A stretch of 64,000 nucleotides of DNA. It comes from Prasinococcaceae sp. CCMP 1430. Its lineage: Eukaryota > Plantae > Prasinodermophyta. Each line of letters starts with the position of its first letter. Positions within the stretch are counted from its first letter, which is position 1. A model generated the notes under the pieces. The model was not told where the DNA came from. It was given only the letters and a program-made list of their open reading frames with translations, and did not search any database. Both the position numbers and the translations under genes were made by a program. Positions 1 through 10,168 of this stretch are shown one piece after another. The stretch spans positions 129,827 through 193,826 of the forward strand of contig RQSC01000024.1 of the NCBI GenBank assembly GCA_013416795.1, in the 5' to 3' direction.

Positions 1-41
1 CACAGGCACAGAGGCGAGCATCCGCTGCTCTAGCCAGCTTC

Positions 42-653
42 TCAGTCCTTGGGTTTCTGATATACAGTCTCCTTCTCGCCAGCAGCCTTTGCCGCCGCGC
101 GCGCGGCGGTGAAGAGGTAGTCGCTCAAGCGGTTCATGTAGGCGCCGACCTCGCTCTCGATCTTGCAGCTGCGCATGAGCGCCTGCACGCGGCGCTCGGC
201 GCGACGCGCCACGCCGCGCGCCACGTGCAGCGCAGCACCCGCGCTGCCACCCCCCGGCAGGATGAAGGTCGTAAGCGCGGGCAGGTGTGCGTCGTGCGCG
301 TCGATGAGCGCCTCGAGCCGCTCGGCGCGACCCGCGCCGAATGATGCTCGCGCAGCCTTGTACTCGCTGGCTTCACCCAACGGGGTGGCGACCGCTGACC
401 CGACATCGAGGAGGCAGCTCTGCACCGCGGCGAGCTCCTCGGAGATGGCCAGCAATGCCGCCTCGGACTCGGCGTTGCCGCCCTTGGCCTGCGCCCGTGC
501 CTCCGCGATTACGGCGGCGCGCGCTGAGCCCACCGCACAGTTGCACTCGTCCACGTCGCCCAGCGCCTCGAACACGGCGTCATCCTTGGGTGCACGCCGC
601 CCCGTGTACAGCGAGCTCTCGCCCGCGTCGCCTGTGCGCGTATAGATCTTCAT
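42..653 (-). CDS. MMAB: ATP:cob(I)alamin adenosyltransferase (PduO/MMAB family)
   Basis: Starts with the family signature MKIYTRTGDAGESSLY, then EALGDVDECN; also FILPGG, LHVARGVARRAERR and YMNRLSDYLF. Confidence 0.93.
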   Translation of the reverse strand: MKIYTRTGDAGESSLYTGRRAPKDDAVFEALGDVDECNCAVGSARAAVIAEARAQAKGGNAESEAALLAISEELAAVQSCLLDVGSAVATPLGEASEYKAARASFGAGRAERLEALIDAHDAHLPALTTFILPGGGSAGAALHVARGVARRAERRVQALMRSCKIESEVGAYMNRLSDYLFTAARAAAKAAGEKETVYQKPKD

Positions 654-890
654 CGCCGCGCTGGCGCGGGCGCCGACGTGCGCTTGCCGCCGTCACCATC
701 GCTATCCGTGTCCTCCACATCCGCATCCGCGTCGTTGCATCGTGTGGCGCGCGCGCCGCGCGCCCCGGTGACCCGCAGAGCGGCTGCCCGCGCCCGCGCG
801 CGCACACTGCGGCCGATCACCTCCACAGACCACTGGAAGCTGCCGGAAGACCCGACGAAACTAGGGTTTACAAAGAAGGATCGTCAAATG

Positions 891-905
891 TACCATCAGA
901 TGGTA
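891..905. promoter_or_regulatory. Palindrome TACCATCAGATGGTA, copy 1 (upstream of MMAB)
   Basis: Perfect 7+1+7 inverted repeat; the same motif occurs at 3395 and 17305. Regulatory role is inferred from position. Confidence 0.5.
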
Positions 906-940
906 GCGTGCGCCACGCTGGGTATTCCTAGCTGGCTAGC

Positions 941-960
941 CCCTAAACAAAACCCTAACC
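941..960. repeat. Telo-box-like tract (CCCTAAAC..AAACCCTAA)
   Basis: ccctaaacaaaaccctaacc; a related ctagggttt lies at 861-869. Confidence 0.55.
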
Positions 961-1126
961 TGTCAAACGGCGCCGTCACGAGGGCGCGCGTGTGCTAGGG
1001 CTGTCTTAGGCGCTGCTCCGTGTCACGATCATTGCAGTTGTCACACATACCTCCGTCGCGCATCCGCCGCCTACCAGCGCCCCCCCGCTGTTGCCGTCTG
1101 ACCCGCACGATCTCTCGAGGTCCATT

Positions 1127-2755
1127 TCACAGGGCCATCAAGTAGTACGTCTTGTTCGCGTTGAAGCCGTCGGGGCAGAAGGTTCTCTTGTGATCAGTAA
1201 AGGCCATGTTCCACATGAGCACGACCTGGCAGGCAGAGAAGGCCTCGCGCGGCATGCGGTCCACGTGCGGGAAACCAGGATGCATGTACTTGGCCCACCT
1301 GTCCGCCGTGTTGTACGCCAAAATGTCGACGCCCGGGGGGCTGGGCGCCCACGGCTCCGCCAGCAGCGGATGGGCGCAGTCCAAAATGCGGTCGTCGGGC
1401 ATCCTGTACTTGGAGGTGCCAAAGGTGAACGGCTTGTCGGGCCCGTCATGGAAGATCTTGTACGTTGCGCAATAATGCATGAGCGTGGGGAGCTCGGCGC
1501 TAGGGTCGGTCGAGTGCACAGGCGTGTGGCAGCGGCACGGGTGCTGCGCGCCCAGCGGCGCGCTCTCATCGAGGTACGCGTCGTCGATCCACTGCCAACC
1601 CTCGATGCTTCCCTTGTGCGAGCCGCCAGCCCTTGCGTTCCTCGGCACGCCAAGCGGATCGCTAATTGCTAGGTTCTCTACGCGGTCATGCTCAAGTCCA
1701 AGGTGCGCCGCGGCCATGCTGTACGCCCACATGTCCGCCATAATCGAGGGCTCCCTCGCATGCACGAGCGGCGTGAGCGTGGACCACAACGGCGCGAGCT
1801 TTCCCATGTCCCCCGCTGCCATCATGTAGGGCGCGCCGACGCTGTAGTGCCGAACCATGTACTCATTCTCCTCCGCCTCTCGCCTCACGGCCGCTTGGCA
1901 CCCCTCGCTCGAGTCCTTTCCCCAGAGTTCTTCGCATATGCTCACGTACTTGGCGAAACCTCCGATGCCGTATCCCTGCCCGACGGGCTTGCCCGGCACG
2001 GCGACGGTGCGGTCTTCACTCCAGTGCTTCAGGGTGGCGGGGCGCTCGAGTGCCTCAATCTGCGTGAGCGGCTTCATGAACATCTGGTCGGGATCGAGCA
2101 CCACCAGGATGACGTCGTCTTGGATGGGTGGATCGGCGTTCTGCAGCCAGTGCGTGAGGCCGTCCGGCCGATTCTGCTGCGGGTACGAGTCGCGCAGCTT
2201 TGGTGCGAAGACGGTGGTGAGCCCATCGCGCGGCTGGTTGATGATGAGCACGCGCTGCTTGGCGGCCTCGTCTGGGCAGTCAGACACGATGCGCGTAAAG
2301 TGTCCGCGCTGGCCCACCAAGCGCGCGCTCCCGATGAGCGCCACGCTCTGCCAATGCTGGAAAGGTCGACAGTCCGTAGAGAACACAAAGTGCAACTTGG
2401 CCGCGATGACCGCGCCGTCCTCCTCGGAGGTGGTGGCCCCCGGCAAACCTAGCAGGGACGTGTCGAAGAGGCGCTCCGCCATGCCCGCGACGACGCGCGT
2501 ATCCTCCGCCAGCACCTCCTGCAGGTCGCGTACGCTGCTGATGGACTGAACGCTGCGTGCCGAGCCCCCCGACGCGACGTTCACGAGCGCCATCAGGGCG
2601 GCGGCCAGCAAGGCCGCGCAGAGCACGATGCCGCCGACGACCGCGCAGCCTCGCACGAGGCCGCGCATGCACTGCCGCGTGCCCTCGCGCTGCTGCTGAC
2701 GCGCGGCTGCCCGTCGTCCCGCGAGCGTGTTCGTGAGCGGCAGCGAGGCCGCCAT
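1127..2755 (-). CDS. Type II membrane glycosyltransferase, hydroxyproline O-arabinosyltransferase / peptidyl-serine galactosyltransferase-like (GT95/GT96)
   Basis: N-terminal TM (GCAVVGGIVLCAALLAAALMALV), HFVFSTDCxxFQHWQS, DxD-type VLDPDQMF, SVGAPYMM and MADMWAYSMAAAHLGLEH. Start placed at MAASLP; the ORF is open further upstream. Confidence 0.65.
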   Translation of the reverse strand: MAASLPLTNTLAGRRAAARQQQREGTRQCMRGLVRGCAVVGGIVLCAALLAAALMALVNVASGGSARSVQSISSVRDLQEVLAEDTRVVAGMAERLFDTSLLGLPGATTSEEDGAVIAAKLHFVFSTDCRPFQHWQSVALIGSARLVGQRGHFTRIVSDCPDEAAKQRVLIINQPRDGLTTVFAPKLRDSYPQQNRPDGLTHWLQNADPPIQDDVILVVLDPDQMFMKPLTQIEALERPATLKHWSEDRTVAVPGKPVGQGYGIGGFAKYVSICEELWGKDSSEGCQAAVRREAEENEYMVRHYSVGAPYMMAAGDMGKLAPLWSTLTPLVHAREPSIMADMWAYSMAAAHLGLEHDRVENLAISDPLGVPRNARAGGSHKGSIEGWQWIDDAYLDESAPLGAQHPCRCHTPVHSTDPSAELPTLMHYCATYKIFHDGPDKPFTFGTSKYRMPDDRILDCAHPLLAEPWAPSPPGVDILAYNTADRWAKYMHPGFPHVDRMPREAFSACQVVLMWNMAFTDHKRTFCPDGFNANKTYYLMAL

Positions 2756-3394
2756 CGCGCCCAACAGCCCCGTCGCGCCCGCGCGCCCCACCCGCGCCCC
2801 GACCAGCTCCGCTCCTCGTCCGCCTTGTTGGCGGCNGGTGACGCATGGTCTGCTGGTGGATGCACTGTGGGCCAGCGGCAGGCGTGCTGACGCAGTGGCG
2901 CCCCCTGCCAGCGCCCTCGCGTCAACACCCGCCGCCTGCCTTCGCGAGCAGCCCAACAAGGCAACAACAACAACACGCAGGCAAAGCCAATTCGCGCATC
3001 GTCGTTGTCGATGCTGCTGTTGTTGTTGTTGTTGTTGCTGGAAAGGGCGCCTCTCGTGCCGAAAAATTGGATCTTGAGCGGGGCTTGCAGCGGGGCCGCC
3101 CGTCCGGCCGTCCCGCATCGACGCGGCGGTAAATGGAGTCAAATGCTGGCTTCGGCGGTCTACTGCGCCCGAACGCTTTGAGCTGCCTTATCCATTGGCG
3201 GCGGCGAGAGCGCGCTGCGCTGCCGCGGCGCCACACTACACTGTCTGCGCGGGCGGCGGTGGGTGTGTGTGGGCGAGGTCGTGCGCGCACGGGGGGGGGG
3301 GAAGGAAGCGCCAGCTCAGCGCAGCGCGCAGCGCGAGACCGCCGACCCCTCGGAAAAAGACCCTTCAGAATCGTTGGGACCAGCCGCTGATGTT

Positions 3395-3409
3395 TACCAT
3401 CTGATGGTA
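3395..3409. promoter_or_regulatory. Palindrome TACCATCTGATGGTA, copy 2 (divergent intergenic region)
   Basis: Perfect inverted repeat; followed by CATGGTATCA at 3424-3433, as is copy 3. Confidence 0.5.
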
Positions 3410-3646
3410 CGACAGAGCACCCTCATGGTATCACTGCACGGGGAGCACGCCGGGCCCCAGTGACCGTGACGGCAGGCAACAGCGAGGGTGCGACGTGGCC
3501 GACGCGTGAAAGAAAAAAATGATGGTGCGTGTATGGGAATTTGACTTCCCGTGGGTATGTTTGATGTAATTTTTAATGTATGAATTGATGAGTGGTCGGG
3601 GAGGAGCGGCGGACGGGCGGAGGGCGGAGGGCGGGTGGCCGGATGG

Positions 3647-4128
3647 ATGGCGTTGGCCGCTGGGGGGGTGGGGTGTGCGCAGTGCCTGGGCGCGCGCCAG
3701 CGGGCGAAGGCCGGCGGCGCTGCGTGGTGCGGGCGAGCAGCAATGGCGGCGGAGGCGCGGGCGAGGCGGGGGGGCGCGAGCGCTTCGAGCTTATCGCTGG
3801 CGCAGCGGGCGTGCTCTCATCCGCCGTCGTCTGCTGGAGCGAGTACACACTGCGCGTGACGGGCTGTGGCCTTCCCCCTGGGCCCGGCGGCTCGCTGGGC
3901 GCGCTCGAGGGCGTGAGCTACCTATGCGTGGGCTCCATCTTCCTGTGGTCGCTCGTCAAGAAGGCGCGCACGGGCGAGGGGCTTCCGAACGGTCCCGGCG
4001 GGTTGCTCGGCGCGGCAGGCGAGACTAGCTTCCTAGTGGTGCTGGGCGGCTTCACCCTGCTCGGACTGCAGACGCAGGAGTACGGCTACATCCCGGGATT
4101 CTTCCCTGATGCGAACTGCTTCGGCTAG
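3647..4128 (+). CDS. Conserved small plastid membrane protein of unknown function with a duplicated GLPxGPGGxLGA motif
   Basis: GCGLPPGPGGSLGALEGVSYL and GEGLPNGPGGLLGAAGETSFL with hydrophobic helices; transit-peptide-like RRRCVVRA-S. The ATG at 3647 is out of frame across a G-run, so an indel is suspected. Confidence 0.6.
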
Positions 4129-4288
4129 ATATGGAGAGAAGAGAGGGGGTCAGGACGCGCGAGCACTGCCACACCGAGCACTTGCATATCTGTGAGCGAG
4201 CGAAGTGCGGCAGCGGCGTTGAATGACAACGACGATTTTTGTTACAGTACATGAGAGTGCCCAGGCACGTGCGCTTGCTCCCTCGCCG

Positions 4289-5749
4289 TCATGCCTCGGC
4301 GGCCGAAGCGAGCGCCGCCCGCGCAGCGGCTAGCGCCCCGGCCGCGGTCTGCTCGGTGAGACGCGCGGCCTTGCCCTGCCAGCGCCCCTTCTTGCCGCCC
4401 CCGCGGGCATCAACGAGCGGGGCTGCAGCCGCCGCGGCGGCAGCGACCGCAGCCTCGGGGCCGGCTATGAGAACCAAGCCTTCCTTGCTATCGGGTGAGT
4501 TGGACGCGGTCAGCACGACAGTCGCCTCTTCGCACGCCTTCGTGGCTCCACTCGCAACCGCGCCAAGGAACTGGGCGGATGCCATCGCGGCACTCGACGA
4601 GTGCAATGCGCACAGCCTGAGCGAGTCGGCAGCCGCCTCGGCGCCGAGTTTGCTGCCAAGTGCCTCGGCGAGCTCCACCTGCAACGTCTTGACGTCCTTT
4701 GTAAGCTCTCGCTTCTGCAGCAGCGCGACCTCCGCCCGCTCCGGCAGGTCCTCCGGCGCGCATGAAAAGCTCTTGCACAGCGATGCCTCGCGTGTCAGCC
4801 GCGCCGCCGCTTGACGGAGCGCGCGGCCTCCAGCCACGAAGCGCAGCCGCACCGCACCGCGATTTCGCTCGAGGCCAACGCAGAGGGCGCACTGGAGCTC
4901 GGCCAGAGAGCTGACGTGCGTGCCGCCGCACGGGCCAAAGTCGACGCCGTCGACTTCAACTAAACGCAGCACGGGGCGGGCGATGAAGTCCAACGTCGAC
5001 ATGTCAAAGGCGGCTCTGGAGCCGCCCTCGTCGCTGACGCGCATCGCCGCGGGATACTCGGAGGGCGGTGTTGCCGCCGTGATTGCGAAGGATCGCACCT
5101 CTCGCGCCTCGCGGATGGCCGCATTGACGCCCTCTTCGATGGCGGCAGCAGCCGCGGCGTCGAGGCCAAAGTCGTCTGTGTTGGACACGGCAGTATCAGC
5201 AGGCTTGAAGTCAACCGCCACAGTCTCCCTGCCGAGCTCCCACGACACCGTCTCCAGGCCGAGCCGCCGCTCGATCAGCCCCGAAAACGCATGCTGCGCC
5301 GTGTGCTGTTGCATGAGATCGAAGCGCCGCCCCCAGTCGAGGCGCACGCGCACTGCCGCGCCGACAGGCAGCGCCTCGTCAACATAATGAATCGTCGCGC
5401 CGTCTTCGGCACGGGTCTGCACGTCGCACACGCGGGCGGCCACTGTGGGCGCCCCCGGGTCCGAGGTGACCACGTCGCCGTGGTCGGCAGGTTGCCCGCC
5501 CCCCTCGGGGTACAAGCAGCTTCGCGAAAGCGTCACAGCGAACCTGGCCACTGGCGCGCCCGTCACGTTGCTCCCGCTGCCACCGTCAGCTCCACCCTTG
5601 CCCTTCTTCCCCTTCTTCTTGCCCGCCTTCCTGCTGCCGCCGCTGCCCGCCCCGGCGAGCGGCTCGCAGCCCAGGACCTCAGCGTCGCATTCTCGGAGGT
5701 ACGAGTCGAGCTGGCACGGCAGGAGCGCGGCCTCGGCGGCAGCGCCCAT
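4289..5749 (-). CDS. alaX: Alanyl-tRNA editing protein (AlaX/AARSD1-like)
   Basis: LYPEGGGQPADHG, RRFDLMQQHTAQH (HxxxH), PCGGTHV (CxxxH) and a C-terminal GGGK. Confidence 0.88.
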   Translation of the reverse strand: MGAAAEAALLPCQLDSYLRECDAEVLGCEPLAGAGSGGSRKAGKKKGKKGKGGADGGSGSNVTGAPVARFAVTLSRSCLYPEGGGQPADHGDVVTSDPGAPTVAARVCDVQTRAEDGATIHYVDEALPVGAAVRVRLDWGRRFDLMQQHTAQHAFSGLIERRLGLETVSWELGRETVAVDFKPADTAVSNTDDFGLDAAAAAAIEEGVNAAIREAREVRSFAITAATPPSEYPAAMRVSDEGGSRAAFDMSTLDFIARPVLRLVEVDGVDFGPCGGTHVSSLAELQCALCVGLERNRGAVRLRFVAGGRALRQAAARLTREASLCKSFSCAPEDLPERAEVALLQKRELTKDVKTLQVELAEALGSKLGAEAAADSLRLCALHSSSAAMASAQFLGAVASGATKACEEATVVLTASNSPDSKEGLVLIAGPEAAVAAAAAAAAPLVDARGGGKKGRWQGKAARLTEQTAAGALAAARAALASAAEA

Positions 5750-6123
5750 CCGGCCGGCCACGGCGCGCGTGCTTGTGCTTAGGCCGGAGGGGGGCGGCCT
5801 GCTCGCTCCGATCCGCAGCACGCGGGCGGGCGCGGGGGCGCTGGCGGCGACAGAGCGCACCTGCACGCTGTGGCACAGCCTGTGGGGCGGCAGCACTCAG
5901 CGCACCAGCGGCGCGACACTTTCTTTCGGCTGCAGGGCGTTTTCGCGCCCCGGCGAACATCCCATCGGAGCACGCGCGGGCCCCCGGGGGCGTAGGCGCC
6001 ACACAGCGCCGCCTCGTTGCGCACGAGCGCGAGCTCGCGCGCGCGCTCGCGCGCGCTCGCGCGCGAGCGCATCTCTTGGTGTGTTCTGCCTCGCATCGCT
6101 TGGGTTTGTCGCTGCCGGGGTCG

Positions 6124-9100
6124 ATGGACGAGCCGCCCGGTGTCGCGGCCGGGGTGGCGCGGCCGCTCGTCGCGCTGTGCGGCGAGCCAGCTGCGCAGGC
6201 GGCGCTTGCGGGTGCGCTGCGGGCGCGGGCAGGCGCGAGCAGCCTGCGCCTGCCTGAGGTGGAGCTACCGCCGGCGATCGCGGCGAGGGCAAAATCGTCG
6301 ACGAGGGAGCAGGCGCCCGCACCCGCGACCTCAGCTGCGCACCCGCTAGACGGCGGCGTGAGCGGCGCGGCAGATAGCGCAACGCAGCAGCAGCAGCAGC
6401 AGCAGCAGCAGGTAGAGCGACAGCACTCGCACGGCAAGAAGGGCTGTCCCGACGGCATCCTCCCTGCGGGATGGCTGGACAAGCACAACGCCCGCAGGCC
6501 GGCGGCTGTCTGCGTGCTCCTCTCCACAGCGTCAGCGCTTGCCGGTGGGCCGGCGGGCTACCAGGCAGCGCAGGCGGCCATCGATTCGGTCAAGGCATCC
6601 AAGCGCGATGGCGTGCGGATGGCCCTGTGTGCCGTGCGAGACGAGGGGGCCGCAGAGGGCGCGCAGCTCGATCCCAGCGCGGCCGAGATGCTCACAAATC
6701 TGCGCCGCCGCGCGGACGTCGACGTGCGGCTGTGCTTTTCTCTGTCGCTCACCGATGGTGGCGAGTCTGCCGCCTCGGCCGCGGACGTGCTCGCTGGCGC
6801 GGCACGCACGCACTACGAGGAGGCTGCGCGGCGCACGCGCGGCGCGCTTGCGCGCCAGGCGAGCACTTCCGACCGCGCCGTGCGTTACGCGATCAAGACC
6901 GCTCACTATGCCGAGTACGCGGGCGACCTCGCGAGTGCGACCAAGTACTGGGCAGCGGCGTACTCCGCCCTTGAGGGGCAGCGCAGCCGCGGTGGTGCTG
7001 GGAGTGCGGGGGGTAGCGGCGGCTCGGGATCGTCCCAGAAAGCGCAGGTGGTTAATGCGGGCCCAGGAGGAGCTATTCGGCCCTGGTCGAGATGGCGCGA
7101 GGAGCGCGAGGTGGCTGCATACATAAACGAGAGGCTGTGCGCGCTCCGGCTACGGCTAGGGGGCTCCTCGCATGAAGGGCAACCCACAAGCGGCGCGGCT
7201 GCGGGCGCAGGCACCAATGGCGCGAGTGGTGGCGTAGGCGTCGAAGAGGCAGTAGCGCAGTTCCGCAGGCATGTCCACACGTTCAGGGAACATCCTGCGG
7301 TTGGGGAGGCCGAGGTGCCGCTCGCGTTGCGCAGCGAGCAGTGGGGATGGCTGAGCGCACAATTCAAGGCCTTCGGCGAGACCCTGCAGGAGCTCAGCCC
7401 CGATGGGAACGATGCGCTAGCGCCAGGGGCAGACCGCGCGCTCTGCCCTGCCACTTTCTTTGCGTCCGCTGCTCGTTACGCTGTGCGGCGACGGAAAGCA
7501 GTCGACGAGCTGCGCGCTGAAGGTGGCGCTCGTTGCGGCGCGATCGCGTCTGCGGCCGCGAGTGGCAACCTGAGCCCGCCTCGCTTCGAGGGGCAGCCCC
7601 CCCGACTCGTGGGCCGTGGTGTGACGCTTGCCGAGCAGGTTCCCACAGATGTGGAGCTTGTTGCACATGTTGGCACTGAGGAGCTGGCGACGGACCGCTG
7701 CATGCCGGCGATGGAGCTCATCGCTCGCGCGAGAGAGCAGCACAGACGCCTCAATAGCGCGCGCGGCGAGTGCGTGCTGGCGGCCATGGCAGCGCAGGAG
7801 GCGGCGAGGGCTACTGGCAGCAATCCATCCGACGTCGACGCGTCCTTTGAAGCTTTGATTGCTGCGCATCGCTCGGGCACTGGATCGAGGGCGGGCGTGG
7901 GCGCGAGCAAACCAGCTGGAGTCTGGCCATCGCTGCTCGCGGACGCCCTGGGCCACTGCAGGAAGAATTCGGGTGGTCCCGCAGCTGCTGCTCGCGAGTG
8001 CCTCGAGCTGGCCGCCATGCCCGCAAGTGCTGCCATGTGTGCCGCCGCACGGGAGGCTGCAATGCAGCGCGCTGCCGAGGCGCTGGCTGGCGCGACTGTC
8101 GCCGACCCGATTGTGCTCGACACAGCAGCCATGCCGGAGCTTGACGGCGTCATCACTTGCTTCGGCGGTTTTGCACCCATGTCACCACCTCCTGCACCGA
8201 CGGCGTTCAAAATTGGGCTTGCTCTGCGGGCGGCGGCGACGCTCCCTGCGCCCCTTTCACCCGCAAGCATCTCCGCCATGCTGAGTGACGGCCGCGAGGT
8301 GGCCTTGCCGACGATGGTGCCTCTGCGACCGGGCGAGTGGGCAGTGCTCGAGGCTGCTGTGCCTCTAGCTCCACCCGGCGCGGACACGAAGTTGTTCGCC
8401 AGGGAGGCACTGCGAGTTGACGCTGTACTGCTGCGCTTCGGTGCTGGGTCGGGTGTGCTGTGCACGCGCGTGCAGCTCCATGGGCTCGCAAGCGGGGCTC
8501 GTGTGTCCGCGGGCTCGGCGCCCGGCGGTGCCGGAACTGCTGTTGCCGCAGGGGTGTCGCTCGCTGCGCAGAGGACGCGTCCGCCTGAATTCTCCTTCGG
8601 TCTGCCGGCGGCCAGCGCCTCGTCCGAGCTCGCTGCTGGTAGTGGTGTTGGCATGGCCACGGGCGTTGGGGAGCATGCCCTGTCGGTCACTCCTTCGGGC
8701 ATCGGGCTCGTCGGCGGAAGGTGTTCCGTGCGCATCGCTGTGAGTGGCGCAGAAGCGCCGCCCGGCGCCACTGTGCGGCTGTCCGTCGCAATGGACCACG
8801 GAGGCGCTGGCGCCGCAGGCGAAGTGGATGCCCCTGCTCCACGCTTGGAGGTACGCGGTGTCGACAGCTGGCGAGTGGTCACGGCAAACGAGACGCTGAC
8901 GCTTGCCTCGGGCGAGGCTCTGGTTGTGCTGGCGCCCTCGCATGCTGGCTTGGCGACGCTGAGCGCTACTCTGCTCTCGCCAGGCGGCGATGACCTGGCC
9001 TACGCCGAGGCGGTCGTGCCATGCGTGGAGGCACTCGCGGCCAGTGTGGCGCTCGTGGGCATGCCCGACAGCGTTGCGCTAGGAGCCAAGTCGCCCCCGT

Positions 9101-9759
9101 CTTCGGTGGCAATAGGACAGACAGCCAATCTCCTAGCGACACTCACAGTTCCGCACTCCGAGGCTTTGCTTGTGCGCTCGCTGGCGGTTGAGGCCGCGAG
9201 CGGCTGGGAGATGCTCGGGCACTCGGCGGCGCAAGCCAATGGGGGCGACGTTCTTCGGCCCGACGAGGAGCGAACCGAGCTGCTACAGGTGCGCGCCGTC
9301 AGCGCGCTATCGTCCACAAGCGTTGGCACTCTGGTCGTGCGTTGGGAGAGGGTCGGTGCCGATGCGGGCGAAGCTGCGGGCGGTTGTGCAAGTGGGGTCT
9401 CGAGGCTGAGCCTGCCCGCAGTTGCGGCGGCCCAGGCGCCGCTCGCGCTCGCGCTGCGCTCGCCGCCGTGGGCGCGCGCGGGCGAGCCCTTCGAGGTGCA
9501 CGTGTGCGTCTCAAACGCCACTCCGCAGATGCGCGAGTGCGAGGTGGTGGTGACAGACGCGGCGGGCGTGCTCTTCAGCGGCGAGCGCAAGGGCACGCTC
9601 GCGGTGCTACCGCGCTCGCACAAGACCACCACGTACACGCTGGTGGCGACCGCCACGGGCGAGGTGGAGCTGCCAGTCGTCGCAATATCATGCAAGGCGC
9701 TCAACGCGGAGGCGAGGCACAGTCGCAGGCTCCACGTCTTGCCCGCCGAGCTGGTCTGA
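6124..9759 (+). CDS. TRAPPC11: TRAPP complex subunit 11 (foie gras/gryzun-like)
   Basis: GILPAGWLDKH..PAAV, VRYAIKTAHYAEY..DLASATKYWAAAY, W.WLSAQFKAFGE and a C-terminal Ig-like PFEVHVCVSN..LFSGE module; about 1200 aa. Confidence 0.8.
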   Translation: MDEPPGVAAGVARPLVALCGEPAAQAALAGALRARAGASSLRLPEVELPPAIAARAKSSTREQAPAPATSAAHPLDGGVSGAADSATQQQQQQQQQVERQHSHGKKGCPDGILPAGWLDKHNARRPAAVCVLLSTASALAGGPAGYQAAQAAIDSVKASKRDGVRMALCAVRDEGAAEGAQLDPSAAEMLTNLRRRADVDVRLCFSLSLTDGGESAASAADVLAGAARTHYEEAARRTRGALARQASTSDRAVRYAIKTAHYAEYAGDLASATKYWAAAYSALEGQRSRGGAGSAGGSGGSGSSQKAQVVNAGPGGAIRPWSRWREEREVAAYINERLCALRLRLGGSSHEGQPTSGAAAGAGTNGASGGVGVEEAVAQFRRHVHTFREHPAVGEAEVPLALRSEQWGWLSAQFKAFGETLQELSPDGNDALAPGADRALCPATFFASAARYAVRRRKAVDELRAEGGARCGAIASAAASGNLSPPRFEGQPPRLVGRGVTLAEQVPTDVELVAHVGTEELATDRCMPAMELIARAREQHRRLNSARGECVLAAMAAQEAARATGSNPSDVDASFEALIAAHRSGTGSRAGVGASKPAGVWPSLLADALGHCRKNSGGPAAAARECLELAAMPASAAMCAAAREAAMQRAAEALAGATVADPIVLDTAAMPELDGVITCFGGFAPMSPPPAPTAFKIGLALRAAATLPAPLSPASISAMLSDGREVALPTMVPLRPGEWAVLEAAVPLAPPGADTKLFAREALRVDAVLLRFGAGSGVLCTRVQLHGLASGARVSAGSAPGGAGTAVAAGVSLAAQRTRPPEFSFGLPAASASSELAAGSGVGMATGVGEHALSVTPSGIGLVGGRCSVRIAVSGAEAPPGATVRLSVAMDHGGAGAAGEVDAPAPRLEVRGVDSWRVVTANETLTLASGEALVVLAPSHAGLATLSATLLSPGGDDLAYAEAVVPCVEALAASVALVGMPDSVALGAKSPPSSVAIGQTANLLATLTVPHSEALLVRSLAVEAASGWEMLGHSAAQANGGDVLRPDEERTELLQVRAVSALSSTSVGTLVVRWERVGADAGEAAGGCASGVSRLSLPAVAAAQAPLALALRSPPWARAGEPFEVHVCVSNATPQMRECEVVVTDAAGVLFSGERKGTLAVLPRSHKTTTYTLVATATGEVELPVVAISCKALNAEARHSRRLHVLPAELV

Positions 9760-10168
9760 GCGCGCGGCGCTGCCCACCAACCCCCTTGCGCCCCGGGCGG
9801 CGCCTCATGAAACCTTACGTTCCGTCCAGCAGATGCTGCCACATGAGCGCGCGCGCGCTCGCGAAACGGCGCTGCCCGCACAAGCGTGGGGATTCGCCCG
9901 AGGTCAAAACGCATGCGAGTGTCGCGCGCGGCAACTACCAGCGCGCGCCGCGTAGCTGCCGCCACTCGGTGCGCAGCCGGGAGTTGGGGTTTGTGGGGGG
10001 GAAGGGCCAGCCTCGGGAGCCGCAGCGATGCGACGCCTCGCACGAGAAGGCCTGTGCGGGCTGCGTGCGGGTGCACGCGGAATTGCCGCCGCCGCCGCCG
10101 CCGCCCCCGCCGCTGGCGCGCAGGCGGCAGCCATCAGCGCCCCTGCCTCAGCTCCTCCGCAGCTGAGG

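Noticed and set aside
877-888. 12-mer AGGATCGTCAAA shared with 61575-61586
   Set aside because: Many 12-mer matches are expected by chance in 64 kb; no extension.
3500-3590. AT-rich patch with a small hairpin and an Sm-site-like AATTTTT
   Set aside because: No recognisable snRNA or snoRNA structure or sequence; more likely promoter DNA.
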